Positions 40,774 through 53,144 of a DNA stretch of 64,000 nt are shown here, piece by piece. Below the pieces are notes generated by a model that saw nothing but the letters and a program-made list of their open reading frames with translations, ran no database searches and was not told the origin of the DNA. The stretch's first letter is position 1; each line of letters begins with the position of its first letter. A program made the position numbers and the translations under genes. The stretch is from Callorhinchus milii (Eukaryota): assembly GCF_018977255.1 (NCBI RefSeq), contig NW_024704750.1, positions 8,184,001-8,248,000 of the forward strand, read 5' to 3'.

Positions 40774-43735
40774 AAGCTTAAACTTACACTATCAGTGCTG
40801 GTTCTGAACTACAAAAATAGCTGCAGGTTCAGACTACAGAACACTGGTTCCAGTCCGAAGCCCTGGTACAGGATCAGCTGATATCTTGTGTCCAGTTTCT
40901 CCAAGCTGTAATGAACATTTTATTTTTTGTGCAAGAGTCTGGATTGTTACTGTCATCTACATCAGAAGTAATGTCAGGCCTTTACAAAAGTAATTCTGCC
41001 CGTGAAAAAGGTGCTCTGAAGAAGCATTCTTATATGCCTGATACTGAAATGGTCATAATTCAAGTAAGAGCTTCATTAGTCTCGGTAAAGCAAATTGAAA
41101 TAAAGAAGGTCTTTGTAGTGACTACAGAGGAACTGAACTTGAAGCAATGCAACAGTGGTTGATTACATTTTGGTTTTATGTATGAAAATAATAAGCTTGT
41201 ACTACAAATATGTAACCGAAAGAAGTAAAGGATGACATGTTGTAGGACATATTTCATATTCATCACATCCGACAGGGGATTATGAGCTCTTTTCAGAATT
41301 GAAGTACCATTGTTGTGAAGGGGAGCCTCCAATGAGGCATTTCAAGTTTATTAAAAAAATACATATTGTTTACATAAAACCAGTATAAAGGGTACATAAA
41401 AAATTAAACTTTTCAGGTATGCCATTGTTTCTCATATTGCCATTGTTAAAAGCATTTTAATTTTTCTTCTGCAATAGCAGCAGGTTTGCTTTATGAGTAG
41501 CAGCAAAGCTATGCTTCTAGGGGATATGTTTTGGTAATTTTTAAAAAAAAATGTAAACCTAAGTGTTAATCTTATATTTAGTGTTGAGGTACAGATGACG
41601 AGAAAGAGGATGAAATGTAGAGGGTGCTGGAATGTTGCTGATGGAGGAGATTTTGTGCGATATGGTAAGAGTTGAAGTTTTATTAGCCTTGCAGTCGAAG
41701 TTTAATTGTCATTGCAGAGCATGATGTCCACCCCTGTTTTGATGTATTTTGGTTTCCCCATAAGACACCGCCTGACATGTACAGTTAAAGCAAAGCATTG
41801 GTACAATTTGCTTGTCAGTTAGATCCTGAATTTCACCTGGCCCCCCCAAAAAACAAATAATAATAATAATAAACCCACCATATGTATTCCAATTTTATAC
41901 TGGATCTTCAACGTCAAAGAGAATGGGAGACAGTGTAAGTTGATAATGAGGTAAATCTAAGGAGGGGGAAATAAGCAAGAGCTGCGAAACTGCAGAAAGA
42001 AATGGGATGAGAATGCATAGATGTAGACCTAGCATTACAGGAAAAGGAATTAGGTGTGCAGTATTATAGATAATGCCTGAGAAAGAAGTGTTAAAGCCAG
42101 TTACACAAACAATGCATTTGTTTATACAGTGAATACAGCTTCAGAAAGGATAATGTGATTGCATTCACAGTAACAAGAATTCTGTTTAAGGAAAGTCCTA
42201 AAAGTATTTACAGATCAGAATTAATATTTATTCCTCCATTGATTATAGATGCAGAGGTTATCTATTAATTAGATGTATTATTTTAGATATGTATTAACTT
42301 GCTATGGCTGGTAACCATGAGTATGTTCTCAAAATATTAACATCCATTTAGTTAATTTTTTAATATTGCTTATTTCTATTGACAAGATATAGGTTGAATA
42401 TTTACATATCAACAAAAAGTTTGTTTTGCTAATAAGTGCTGTCTAGTGAATTAATTTTAACACATTGTGGCTTCTGTCTTGAGAACACGGATGCCATTCT
42501 TTGTTCTGTTGAGTCCTGTATTGACTGCAGGTGTAGAGCTTGATTAATACTATCCTATGTAAAATGAATTATTTATGAAATGATTGCATGCACAAGGCTG
42601 TGAAGTCAAATATCTAGAAATAAAGCGGCAGTGCCTTTCCTTTTGTACCTTCCACCAACCCCAAATGTTAACTGTTTTATACAGAGCAAAGGTAGCACCA
42701 TCAATTCAAAAACAAAGGTGAAAATAAATATTTCTTGATATTTATAGTCTTTGTTTTTGTTTTGTTAAATGATGTGGCGCACAAGAAACATCCCTTCAAG
42801 CCCAGCAAAAAGCCTGGTTTTGTAATTGCCTGTCCAAATGTGTGAGAAGTGATTGACTTCTTGTGCACATTGAAAACTTTATACTGGAAGAACCGCACAG
42901 AACATTTTTGTGCTGTGATTAAACCTATGCCAGGAATAGGTTTTTCCTGTAATTTGTGTCAGATTGGCCATGATGCCTTTAAGAGACGATGGCTGTAAGT
43001 AAGACACCAATTGTGGTAATTTCCTGTTCATGTACAAAGGCAGGTTTTGTCAGTGGATGTATGTGCACAGTGCTACATAACACTAAATAATACAAAAATT
43101 AAATTGTTTTGTATAAGTCATCAAAGTTTGCTAAGGTGGCTTTTATTTTTTGTATTTCTTTATCTTGACAAAAATGGTGAATGTTTATTCCTCTGGGAGG
43201 AATAGGAAGCAACAGCAACACTAGTAGTAATGACCTGGATACTTCCTCCCTCCTTTTATTATATAATCCCTATATATTTATGGACATTTTGTTAAATTTT
43301 GTTAAATGAGGAGTTCAGTATAGAACTCCTTCCTTTTTTTTGAAATACACAATCCCTTGTTGCTTTCTTTCCTTTGTTGCATGTCAGGCAGAGGCATCCC
43401 CTCATTGTAAATGCATGCATGCTTATGTTCTGGCTTCCCTCTGTAAAGAAGGTAGTGTACAAGAAATACTTTTCTTGCATAGTTATTGCTGCAAATAAAT
43501 GCATATTTTTACAGTTTATGTCATCTATGGAAAACAGCACATTTGTTACATGTTAAAGCTTTATGACAAACACTAATGCGTTTTACTTGCTGTTCTTTGC
43601 AAGTGTATAGTTTTCAAATGTTCTTGTTTAAAGTTACCAATGAACTACCCTTGTGACTTAAACTGCAAACTTGCTACAATGTATTTATTACTCCCATTTC
43701 TCTCATTTAATTAAAATGATGGTTATTTCATATCA
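40774..43735 (+). other. SAMD4A: Putative SAMD4A 3' UTR (about 3 kb)
   Basis: Repeat-free AU/GU-rich stretch after the stop. Candidate signals: AATAAA at 41868, 42619 and 43494, and ATTAAA at 43710-43715 followed by GU/U-rich sequence. The end is inferred. Confidence 0.55.
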
Positions 43736-44135
43736 GCATTATATTGAAAGTGAAGGGAGATGATTAATACAAGTTTTTGTAACACTGGTGTATGTTTGTG
43801 TGCTTTTTTTGTACTGCTTTAAAACTCGCACCTCCACAAACTGGGTTGGTCTGCACCATGGGTATCTCTTCATTGCCTCTAATGGTATTCAGGTAGTGTG
43901 TAAGAAGCTGAAAGAGGATGATGTGCATACTTTCAGAGGGTGAGAAGGGTGAAATAATGGAAACTCTTGTTTAACTCAAACCTTTGGAAAGGCAGGTTTT
44001 CTATAATTACTACTGTGCAGATGCAGTAGTTGTCAGCATCTGCCTCCCTGCCCTCCAGGTTTTGAAATATCAACAAGTGTGTTGCAAATGGATTCATGAA
44101 ACTTTGTGGAGTTTGACATTTTGATGATAACTGTT

Positions 44136-44452
44136 ATAATAATAATAATCCTTGCATTTTATATAGCGCTTTTCACGTCGGGAGGACGTCTCAAAGCGCT
44201 TCACAGAAGACACTGTAAAGTGAATTGACTGCAAATTTGTGGGCGAACGCGGCAGCCAATTGCGCACAGCAATGTCCCACAAACAGTCGTAGATTGAAAA
44301 TGACCAATTTATTATTGTTTTTGGTTTTGGAGGGATTATTATTAGGCGTGTGGTGTAAGGAAACTTGCCCAAGGTTTCGCCCTGCCTAGAAATGAACTCG
44401 GGTCTCTCGCTTGCAAAGCGAGTGCTCTAACCACTGAGCTACAGGACTCCAC
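44136..44452 (-). mobile_element. Full-length tRNA-SINE, same family, intergenic
   Basis: Reverse complement of the 40107 element along its whole length. Confidence 0.92.
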
Positions 44453-46279
44453 ATGACTGGACTGTTGACAACATTGAATGAGAAAAGCATCGTCTGGTAT
44501 GAACAGAACAACAGGATCAAAGTATATTAACTTTAGAGAGGTAGTGGCACAGCAGATAGCATGGACTAAATGGTCGAAGTTTAATTCTTTCCAGTGAATT
44601 AATTATTCAATACAAAGGAATGAAAATGACTCAGATATACTGTAGAGTGGATTAACTATTTTGCGGGCGAAACATGGCTGCAGTTCGCTCATAGCTTTGT
44701 CCCACAAACAGCCATGGAGTGAGTGACTTTATTTGGGGATTTTGTTGGCCAGGTCACTGGGAGATTCTCTTTTTAAGTAGGCATCGTCGATCCACTTTAT
44801 AGTATATCCTGCAAAGTGCTTTGAGACATCACAACAACTTGATGCAATTACATCAAATGCAAGGATCAGTAACTTGATTTATTTTGGTCAGCCAGGTGTC
44901 TGTCTGACACAAACAGAAACCTATCACCGTGCTTAAGAGTATCCAAAGCACACAGAATACAACATGCATTTCGCTTACCCATGGAAATTGTCCTGTGTCT
45001 GGAATGGAATAGCACACTTGCTCCCTGGAGAGGCGTACTCTGCTTACTGATTACACAGCTTTAGGTACGGATTGGCAAGAGGCAAGTCTTTGTAATCAGA
45101 ATGTGTGATGGGTGTTTGACCAGCTAAAACTGCATAGCTTCCCACAAAATGCAAAGACTGTATTTTTCTGTTGATTGGGAATGTAGCACATGTATGTCCA
45201 GCAGAGGGCATTCTATCCCAATCTGCTTATACTGCTCTCACTTTGCCATTGATGCAGTTATTTGCACCCAGGTTTTTAAAATGTCTACAAGGTTATTCTG
45301 TACTGCATTGCACTTACCAACCACTTTGGTACATTTACTGCCAAACAGAAAAAAAAAACTCTAGTGTCTAAATTGTGCTTTCGTGGTTGAAAACTGTTCA
45401 TGGGCCTATCTTTACTGTTCCTATTGCCATGGTAAAAATCAGTGTTGCTAGTACTTCCCTTGTTCGCTATCCCCCATCCCAGCAATAGTTCAATTTCTAT
45501 TTCCATCTTATTTGAAAGAGATGCGGTGAAGTTATTTATAATGCAATATCTTGTAAATCAGATTGCTATGATTTCCTTCTATTCTGTATTTTCTTCCTCC
45601 CACCCCACCCTTATTTGGAAGTAAATTTCATCAGTGCTCAAATCTGCCGTTAGACTGCTGCCCAGTGTTTCATGCCATAATCTTGCTTTATTTTCTGACA
45701 AAAAAAATTCCCAAGTGCAGGATAATTACTTTCACAAATTTCAAATGTTTGAATAAACAGGGACATTGTTTCTAATAACTCTTGTTGCATAGGTTTTCTG
45801 TTGAGGTGTCATCATTGGGAGTTTATTGTGCAAAAGGTGTTCAGCCTCAACTTATGCCCTGAATCTTAAATGCAACCTTCTCCAGGCTATAGGATTATAT
45901 GATCTAGCATTACTTCCTCTCTAATGCCACTGTAAATTGAAGGTAACTTGTTTTCAGATGACTCAAATTCGTGCCCAGAGAGCCTGCATAAAGTCAAAAT
46001 GATTTGATAAAAACAGAATTGGTCAGATAATTCATGCATTGATTTTAAGCAGCAGATATCCATACGGATGCTTATGAGCAAACAAACACTCGCTGAAGTT
46101 TAGCTCCAGCCTAAAAGCCAATTGGCTGATCATCATGCATCACACACCTGCTCAGGCTTAACAGCTAACAAATTCTGACACTGTACAAACCGCTCATTTT
46201 ATGCATTCAGCCCAGAGGTCAGAACAGCAATGCACAGGTACTCATGGGCACTCGATTGTAATTAATTGATACAAAACAT

Positions 46280-48497
46280 TGCAAAATCAGCACACTTAAG
46301 ATTTTAATTATAATTTAGAAATAAAATCTTAACAGTAAATTTCTTTGTGTAAATAATGTGCAAGACATATACACTACATTATTTGCAACAGAACACATTT
46401 CAAATGGCAATTTCAAAATGTGCAAGTAAAACAAACAAAATTCTGTTTGCCTGCAAGGACTTGAGGATACAACAGAGTCCAAGGCCACAATTTAATGTTA
46501 ACAGATTCTAAATTCCTTATACCATATGACTTCATATAACCAACACCAGTTACTCATTCTAAACAATTTCACTTTCCGCACAAGGCATTTATTTGCTTGT
46601 TGGAAATCTGTACATGATTCTGGTGTATTTTATACATTTTACAGCTAAAGGATTCAATCCAGAACCAGAAAGTTTTTTTAAGCAATACATTAAAAATACC
46701 AAGGAAATACAATAATATTTACTCAAGTGTTATAAGGCTATATAGAAATCATACAATTTTGACTTTTTTTAAAATCAACAATTGCTCTCAGTAGCAGAGT
46801 ACAAATTTTAGAACCAGACTTCAGCGGAGGAACAATCGCACATCTTTAACATAAACATTTCATGGTAATCTAACAGAAATTATCTTTATTAATATTTAGC
46901 AATGACATTCTTCATCCTTCAGTTCCATTGCTATCACACAAGGGGGGGCCAGTTATCAGCAACACTGAATCTCATTAAAAAAAATGGTATCCTGAAACAA
47001 TTTCAGATGATATAAATGACTTGAGCCTTGTTTGTGGATCAGAAATTCATCCTAATCCTTCAGTTAATTTACTGACGCTCCTTCACTGACAGTTGTTACG
47101 GTTATGCTCTCCTTTTTGAAATGTCGTCCTCAATGACATGAACTACACATTACCACAAGGTTCTTGCTGAAATAACTAGCTCAGGTACGGTTCAATTTGA
47201 AACATCAATTTAGCACCGATCAAATTAATACTTCATTGGTTTATAAAAGAACAATTTGGGCTTTTAAGTAGACGAAACACTTGACACGATGAGTTCAAAA
47301 AAACAACAAATCAGTTTTTCACACATTGTAGCAATGTGCATTTCCTTCACTGATTTGGCTCAAACCATCTTTCACACTTGACTGAATAATGATTTGGAAT
47401 TCTTACAGATGTATTGAATAAAACAACACATTAAAAGCCTTCACAAGGGAAGTTATCCTGAAATTGTATCACTAATTTATGCATTCTTCAAAGATAGGCA
47501 AAATACTGCAATATTTTACTCTTTAACCTAATTGTAATTAAACAATTTATTACCATTATAAACTTGGTTTTAGACTTTTATGGAAAATTATCCAATTTTG
47601 TAGACAATGACTTTAAAAATAAATAAATTTACACCAAAAGTAGAATTCAGTTTCAAACAACAACAAGATTACATTTGTAGAGCGCCTTTCACGTCGGGAG
47701 GACGTCCCAAGGCGCTGGTCAGTCAATGGTCAGGACCCGAGAATGGGGGAGGGGTGGGGTAGGCGTGAGGGAAGGCAGAGTGGTGGGAGAGCAACCAAAG
47801 GCACGATCGAAGAGAAAGGTCTTGAGACCGGCCTTGAAGGAGGCAAGGGAGGAAGCGAGGTGAAGGGACCGTGGGATGGAGTTCCAGAGTGTGGGGGCAG
47901 AGAGGCTGAAAGCCCGGCCACCGATGGTAGGACGGATCAGGTGGGAGACATGGAGCAGACCGGAGCCCGATGAACAGAGGGATATCAAACAGTGATATTT
48001 AGGTTTAACAATTAAACTTAGGGCTGTGCTGATTCATTGGTGAATAAAGCAATACTATATTTTTGAGTCTCTTAAGTTAAACCAGAATAGCATGGGGCTT
48101 CATGTGATTTGGAGAGAATGGTAAGAGTCTATGCAATAGAAGTCCTGAAATGAAAATGGAAACCTCTTGTGGAATGAAGTATTTTTATTAATTTTCTTTC
48201 TTGATTGTAAAATTGACCTGATTAATTTGCTTTAGATTGGATTGAATGCTAAAAAGCATTTCAACCACTCTTAACTACAGTGTTCAACCATGTTTGTGTC
48301 AATTCAGTGCATCCAATTACAGTAAATATATTAGCAAAGCCTCAAGTACAGAAATGTAAATTTTCTTCACATGTTCATATGAATTCCACACCAACACCTA
48401 TGCATACACAAGTGGTCTAAAACAGAGAGGTAAAGCGCATACTGAACATCTATTAGCAGCTTGTACACATATTGCACCTAAACTTAGGACTTTACTT
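46280..48497 (-). other. GCH1: Putative GCH1 3' UTR
   Basis: Minus-strand AATAAA at 48184, 46885 and 46588, and ATTAAA at 46303-46308 followed by a GU-rich tract. The extent is inferred. Confidence 0.45.
47660..47984 (-). mobile_element. L2-clade LINE 3' fragment with a 7-bp TSD, downstream of the GCH1 stop
   Basis: TIGGRAFSLSAPTLWNSIP...SFKAGLKTFLFDRAF; (TTG)n tail; TCAAACA at 47653-47659 and 47985-47991. Confidence 0.92.
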
Positions 48498-48624
48498 TCA
48501 GCTCCTAATAAGAGTCAGAAACTCTTCGCGGGTCTTTGGGTCTTCACGGAATACACCCAACATGGTGCTGGTTACTGTTTTACTGTTCATCTTCTGCACT
48601 CCTCTCATAACCATGCACATATGT
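48498..48624 (-). CDS. GCH1: GCH1 exon 6, coding part
   Basis: ccccctcccAG acceptor; [41 protein letters not shown] (TGA). Confidence 0.97.
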
Positions 48625-49118
48625 CTGGGAGGGGGAAAAAAAACACATTATAAACAATAAAGTGACACCTGTGATTTGCTGAAAGGTTGCCTGGCTTACA
48701 GAATATGAATCTCGCCTGCCTATTGATGTTGAGTCTACTGCAAATGCCATATGCTTTCTTACATCTAGTTTGCCAGTATTTATTAATCTTAAGAAAATAA
48801 CAATAAAGGCCTCTGTGATGGTCACAAAATAACCATAGTTTCAGCCACTCTAAACAGGAATGAACAAAGAAAACAAGAGCCTTTGAAAAACTCATATCAT
48901 CGCACATATTGCATAGATAACTTTACAGGGAACTAATGACACGGAGTTTCTTTACAAACCAACTAATTCAGCAAAGTAAGTTTCTTTAACAAAACTGTAC
49001 AATTATGTGCATCAAGTATGTTTGAGTAATAAGTTAAAGTTGGTTAATTTTGATCAGAAAAGTAAATTGTGGATGCAAACAGCATTAAAACGATGTGAAT
49101 TATTGATTCGGGACTCAC

Positions 49119-49203
49119 GTGGCTTCAATCACAACTCCCACACCGGAAGGCTTCAAGGCTTCTGTGATGGCTACAGCAATCTGCTTGGTGAGACGTTCTT
49201 GTA
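49119..49203 (-). CDS. GCH1: GCH1 exon 5 (85 nt)
   Basis: aacAG / AC|GTGAGT; [29 protein letters not shown]. Confidence 0.96.
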
Positions 49204-50465
49204 CTGTTCCCAGGAAGAAAGAGCAGCGTTACATGATTACATCGAGTGATTACGGCATGGGAACAGGCCATTCAACCCAAGTCTGTGCAGGGTGTATATG
49301 CTCCATACTTCAGAGCCTCACCCCTCCTATCCCTTCTGTTCCGTTCTCCCTCAAATATACCTCATGGATCACTGAGTGAAGCTGGTAACTTGGGAGGCAT
49401 ACACAAGGAAGAAGAGAATAGAGGGTAAATAGGAGGAAATCATGGGGAAAATCATTTGAAAAAAAANTCTGCCAAACTCATTTAACACTGGTAGATTGTT
49501 GAAAACTTGACAATTTATTTGTAGATGTTAAAATAAATATATCAATTGCTTAAGGTATAAAAAGCTTATTGATTTCTTTACAACTATTCCACCCTATGAA
49601 TACGTTACCACCATTCATAATTCTGCGAACAGCAATCTCTTAATTTAGACATCTATACAACAGTGTTATTTAAACATTTTGGTGTAATCCGAGTAAAATA
49701 CTTATTTACAATGTTTTATTGTAAATATTAAACAGAGTTCGCATTGTGTCATTGCTGAATAGGATTAGCACTAAGATGCTTAATTCCTCTTTAGTAACGA
49801 TAATTCTGCATCACACAACAGTGGCAGGAGTTCGTCCAGGCAAATCCACTTTAATGTAGCGCAAGTAGTGGCGTCAGAATTGTACAATAAACTGCTGCAG
49901 CTTTAGCCCAGGAGCACTGATATTGACCTGCTTTTAAAAAGGTCATGATGGTGCTGAGTGACTGGAACAGCTGGGCTGCAGTTCTGTTTAGTTGTTGATT
50001 GAAAATAGTTTTTCTTTTGAGGGGGTGGGAGTGATATAAAGAAAAAAGTCCACTTTACCACAGTGCAAAAAAAATTATCTTGCCACAATGGAGAAATCCC
50101 AATTTAAGTACACATCAAAATACATGTACTCAGCAGCAATAAGTCCCTCTTCCATGATCCTCTCTTAATGTCAGTGTGCCATTCTTCCAGCAAAACCAAG
50201 GTTGCAGTGAAATAAAACAGTGCTGGAAATGCAACTTAATTTCAAAGGCTTCAATAACCTCTGCTAAATCACGTTTTAAACTCCATCTCTTCTCCCACCC
50301 AATAAAAAGTAATTGTGGACCTGTGCTGAACTGTGTTGGCAGGACTGCTACGTATGAAAAACTTCACACTGAATGTAACAACTTAACATGAAGTCAGAAC
50401 TTAAATATAAATAAGTAAATAAAACATATATTGCAACTACCTACTCAATTCAGGCAAATGTTTAC

Positions 50466-50497
50466 CTTGGAGTCTCCTACTGTATATTTCAACAATC
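50466..50497 (-). CDS. GCH1: GCH1 exon 4 (32 nt)
   Basis: tttttcAG / G|GTAAAC; IVEIYSRRLQ. Confidence 0.95.
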
Positions 50498-52397
50498 CTG
50501 AAAAACAAAATCATATAAATATCTTCTTTAAACAAATATAAAAATATAGTGGATATCTCTGAAAAGCAAAAATTGTTCTAGATTTTCTGCCACCCAAAAA
50601 GTTACTCCAAGTTGACTATATTTTAGTATTCCACTTAGAGGCTATTTTACAATGTTGATCAATAGGAATAAAATAAATTGGAGACATTTTCTTTGAAAAT
50701 GTTACATGAAGGAAACGATTTTTGCGGATTCTGTTACTCTAAGCGTTAAAACCAAAGTTGAAATCATACGGCGTCTGAATGTGTGAAGTGCTTCAGCATC
50801 GCTCAGTTTTAAATTAATGCTTCTGTCTAATATGCTTTTACTTGGCAAGGGAGGGAGGGGGGAAACCAAATGTTGTAGATCATTACACTATCATCACTGT
50901 AGAACAGTTCCAGTCTCCTAATTGTTTGTCTAGGTGAATTTTCATTTCATGCTCAGGGAAGTACATGGACCTTTATCCTGAAGGTAATATAAAGTTCACT
51001 GCTCCATGGATGACCATCAATGTCAAAGGGACAAAAATAAAAATGCACAGATGGTTTCATTTTCCATATAATGTAATTTTGCTTCTTGAAATCTTTCTGT
51101 AGGCCAAATAACCTCTAACCACAATACTGTATTTTCACCATGGATTAGATCAGATTCTTTAAATGCAGGTTGATGTGTCGCAGTTGTGGCATTTATGTTT
51201 TATTCCATGTTTCTTAAAAAAAAAATGCATTTTGCACATTCAACACACCGTTGATAGTTTAACTTTATTTTCTAATCATGCAACAAGGGATTTTTTTCTG
51301 AGCATTTCCAAGCCAGTAAAGAACAACCTTACTTTATTCATTTCAATGAATAGCAAACGCTGGAATTCATTACTAAATTTAGGGTGTCCTTTTATTTAAC
51401 ATGAGACAATCACATTTCAATGATAAGCTTCAATTAAAACAGTTAAAATAAACACAGGACACATTAAAACAGGTGCAGAAAACTGGGTTCCTTTTAAAGT
51501 GTTTGAAAAGTTACATTTAAGCAGAGAAGTACATTAGCATTGGATTTAAGGCAGCTACAATACTGGGAATGTTAAAATTTAAGGTCATGTGTGCATGTAC
51601 CTCCTGCACTCCCTATCTAGTCAGTAGTCAAGAGTTGTGTGGGTGCTCTCTGTTGGTGTTCCCTCATTAGGTCACATCACAACAAGTGGTTAATAGATGC
51701 ACCAAATATTTCAAACAATGTTGACCTGCAGGGTTACATAAAAGCTCAGAACAATGACTCCCTAATGGAGTGTTACAATTGGAATTGAATTACTTACTCG
51801 TTTGGTTCAATACCCAGGAATTCGGTGACAAAAGGCAGAGCTATTATACGCTCAGCGGGTGCCATAAAAATAAAATGTCAGATTTATTGCAAAATGTCAA
51901 CTACAGTTATTCAAGCATTTGATTGACGTTGGTTAGCAAGGTTAGTAACATTCTGTTAGGAATGCGTGCACTGAACTGATTTTCTATGTGTTTATGCCGG
52001 GCAAATAAAATTACCTCCGTTGGGTTGATTATTGGTTTATTTTTTAGCTTTGCGTTTCACAAAGGGTAAATATACAAGAGTGCACTTTGACCATCTCTGT
52101 ATAACTTGTTCAAATTGAAACCGTGCTGTGATAAATGGCCAAACTTGCAGAACAGAGATGTGAGATGGGGCATGAATCCAAACAATTATCTGTTTAGACG
52201 GTTTGCATTTCAGTGATCAACCTCATTATTTAACAAAAAGTATACCAATGAACCTTGAAATAGCATTCAGAAAAATGCACTTAGCTTCTGGCCAACATGG
52301 TTTTAACATCTTCAAAAAAGTCAATTCTTTCAAGAAATAAAGTAAGGTTGCAAGTCACTGGTTTAGGGCAATCGCAGTCATCAGGTACTGCACTTAC

Positions 52398-52453
52398 CTG
52401 GCTAACTTGCTGAGGCCAAGGAGTCGCTTGTCAGGTAGATAACCTATATGTAC
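52398..52453 (-). CDS. GCH1: GCH1 exon 3 copy B (56 nt), closer to the canonical sequence
   Basis: ttctttccatcctgtAG / AG|GTAAGT; VHIGYLPDKRLLGLSKLAR (human VHIGYLPNKQVLGLSKLAR). Confidence 0.92.
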
Positions 52454-53144
52454 CTACAGGATGGAAAGAAAACATTGACTACACTTGACCGCACACAGTG
52501 GGACCAGGAGCCATCTCACCCCAAAATTCGAATATCTTTGGATTAGAGAAGTGCTGATGCTTTCCAACAGGTCCCAAATCAGTATGAGGCCAAATGTGTG
52601 CAATGGGATGACCATGCAATCATAGCAGCCTTTTGGAACAAACAGCAAGCTGTGACTAACATGACTTCAAGGAGGTCTGGTCATTCAACTACAAGCCAGT
52701 GAACTAAACTGCACAGAACTTTGGTCTCCTACGGTTAGTAGCAACCAGTGCTGTTTATCTCAAGTCTTTGGCAAAACATTAATCCCAGCAGTTCTCCAGT
52801 AATAAAATGATTATGTGAATCTTTGACTTGATTAGTGCACTCTGAGAGCATAAATATTTTGTATTTTAAAAAAACATTAAAATGTTTTTTGTAATTGTTT
52901 TACGAAAATAGCTTACAAGTACACATGCAACAACCATATTGTGATGGTTTAAATGTTAGTTTTCTACCTGCTGTTAACCAAAGACTTAGGATACTCGCCA
53001 CTGATACAGCAACAGGGGAAAAGCAGTCTTTGTTTCATTGCCTTTTCAACCCAATTGGAACGGTGAGCACTGAATTGAAACGAAAGGAGCACCAATTCCC
53101 ATGTGCTGTATCTGTGTCTCTAGCAGGCACTCATGCCCAGTTAC

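Noticed and set aside
49467-49467. Ambiguous N base (also at 36509)
   Set aside because: Assembly uncertainty in homopolymer runs; intronic, with no effect on the exon calls.
51790-51845. Strong minus-strand donor-like GTAAGTAA in GCH1 intron 3
   Set aside because: No convincing polypyrimidine acceptor or GCH1-like peptide upstream; cannot be supported as an exon without RNA data.
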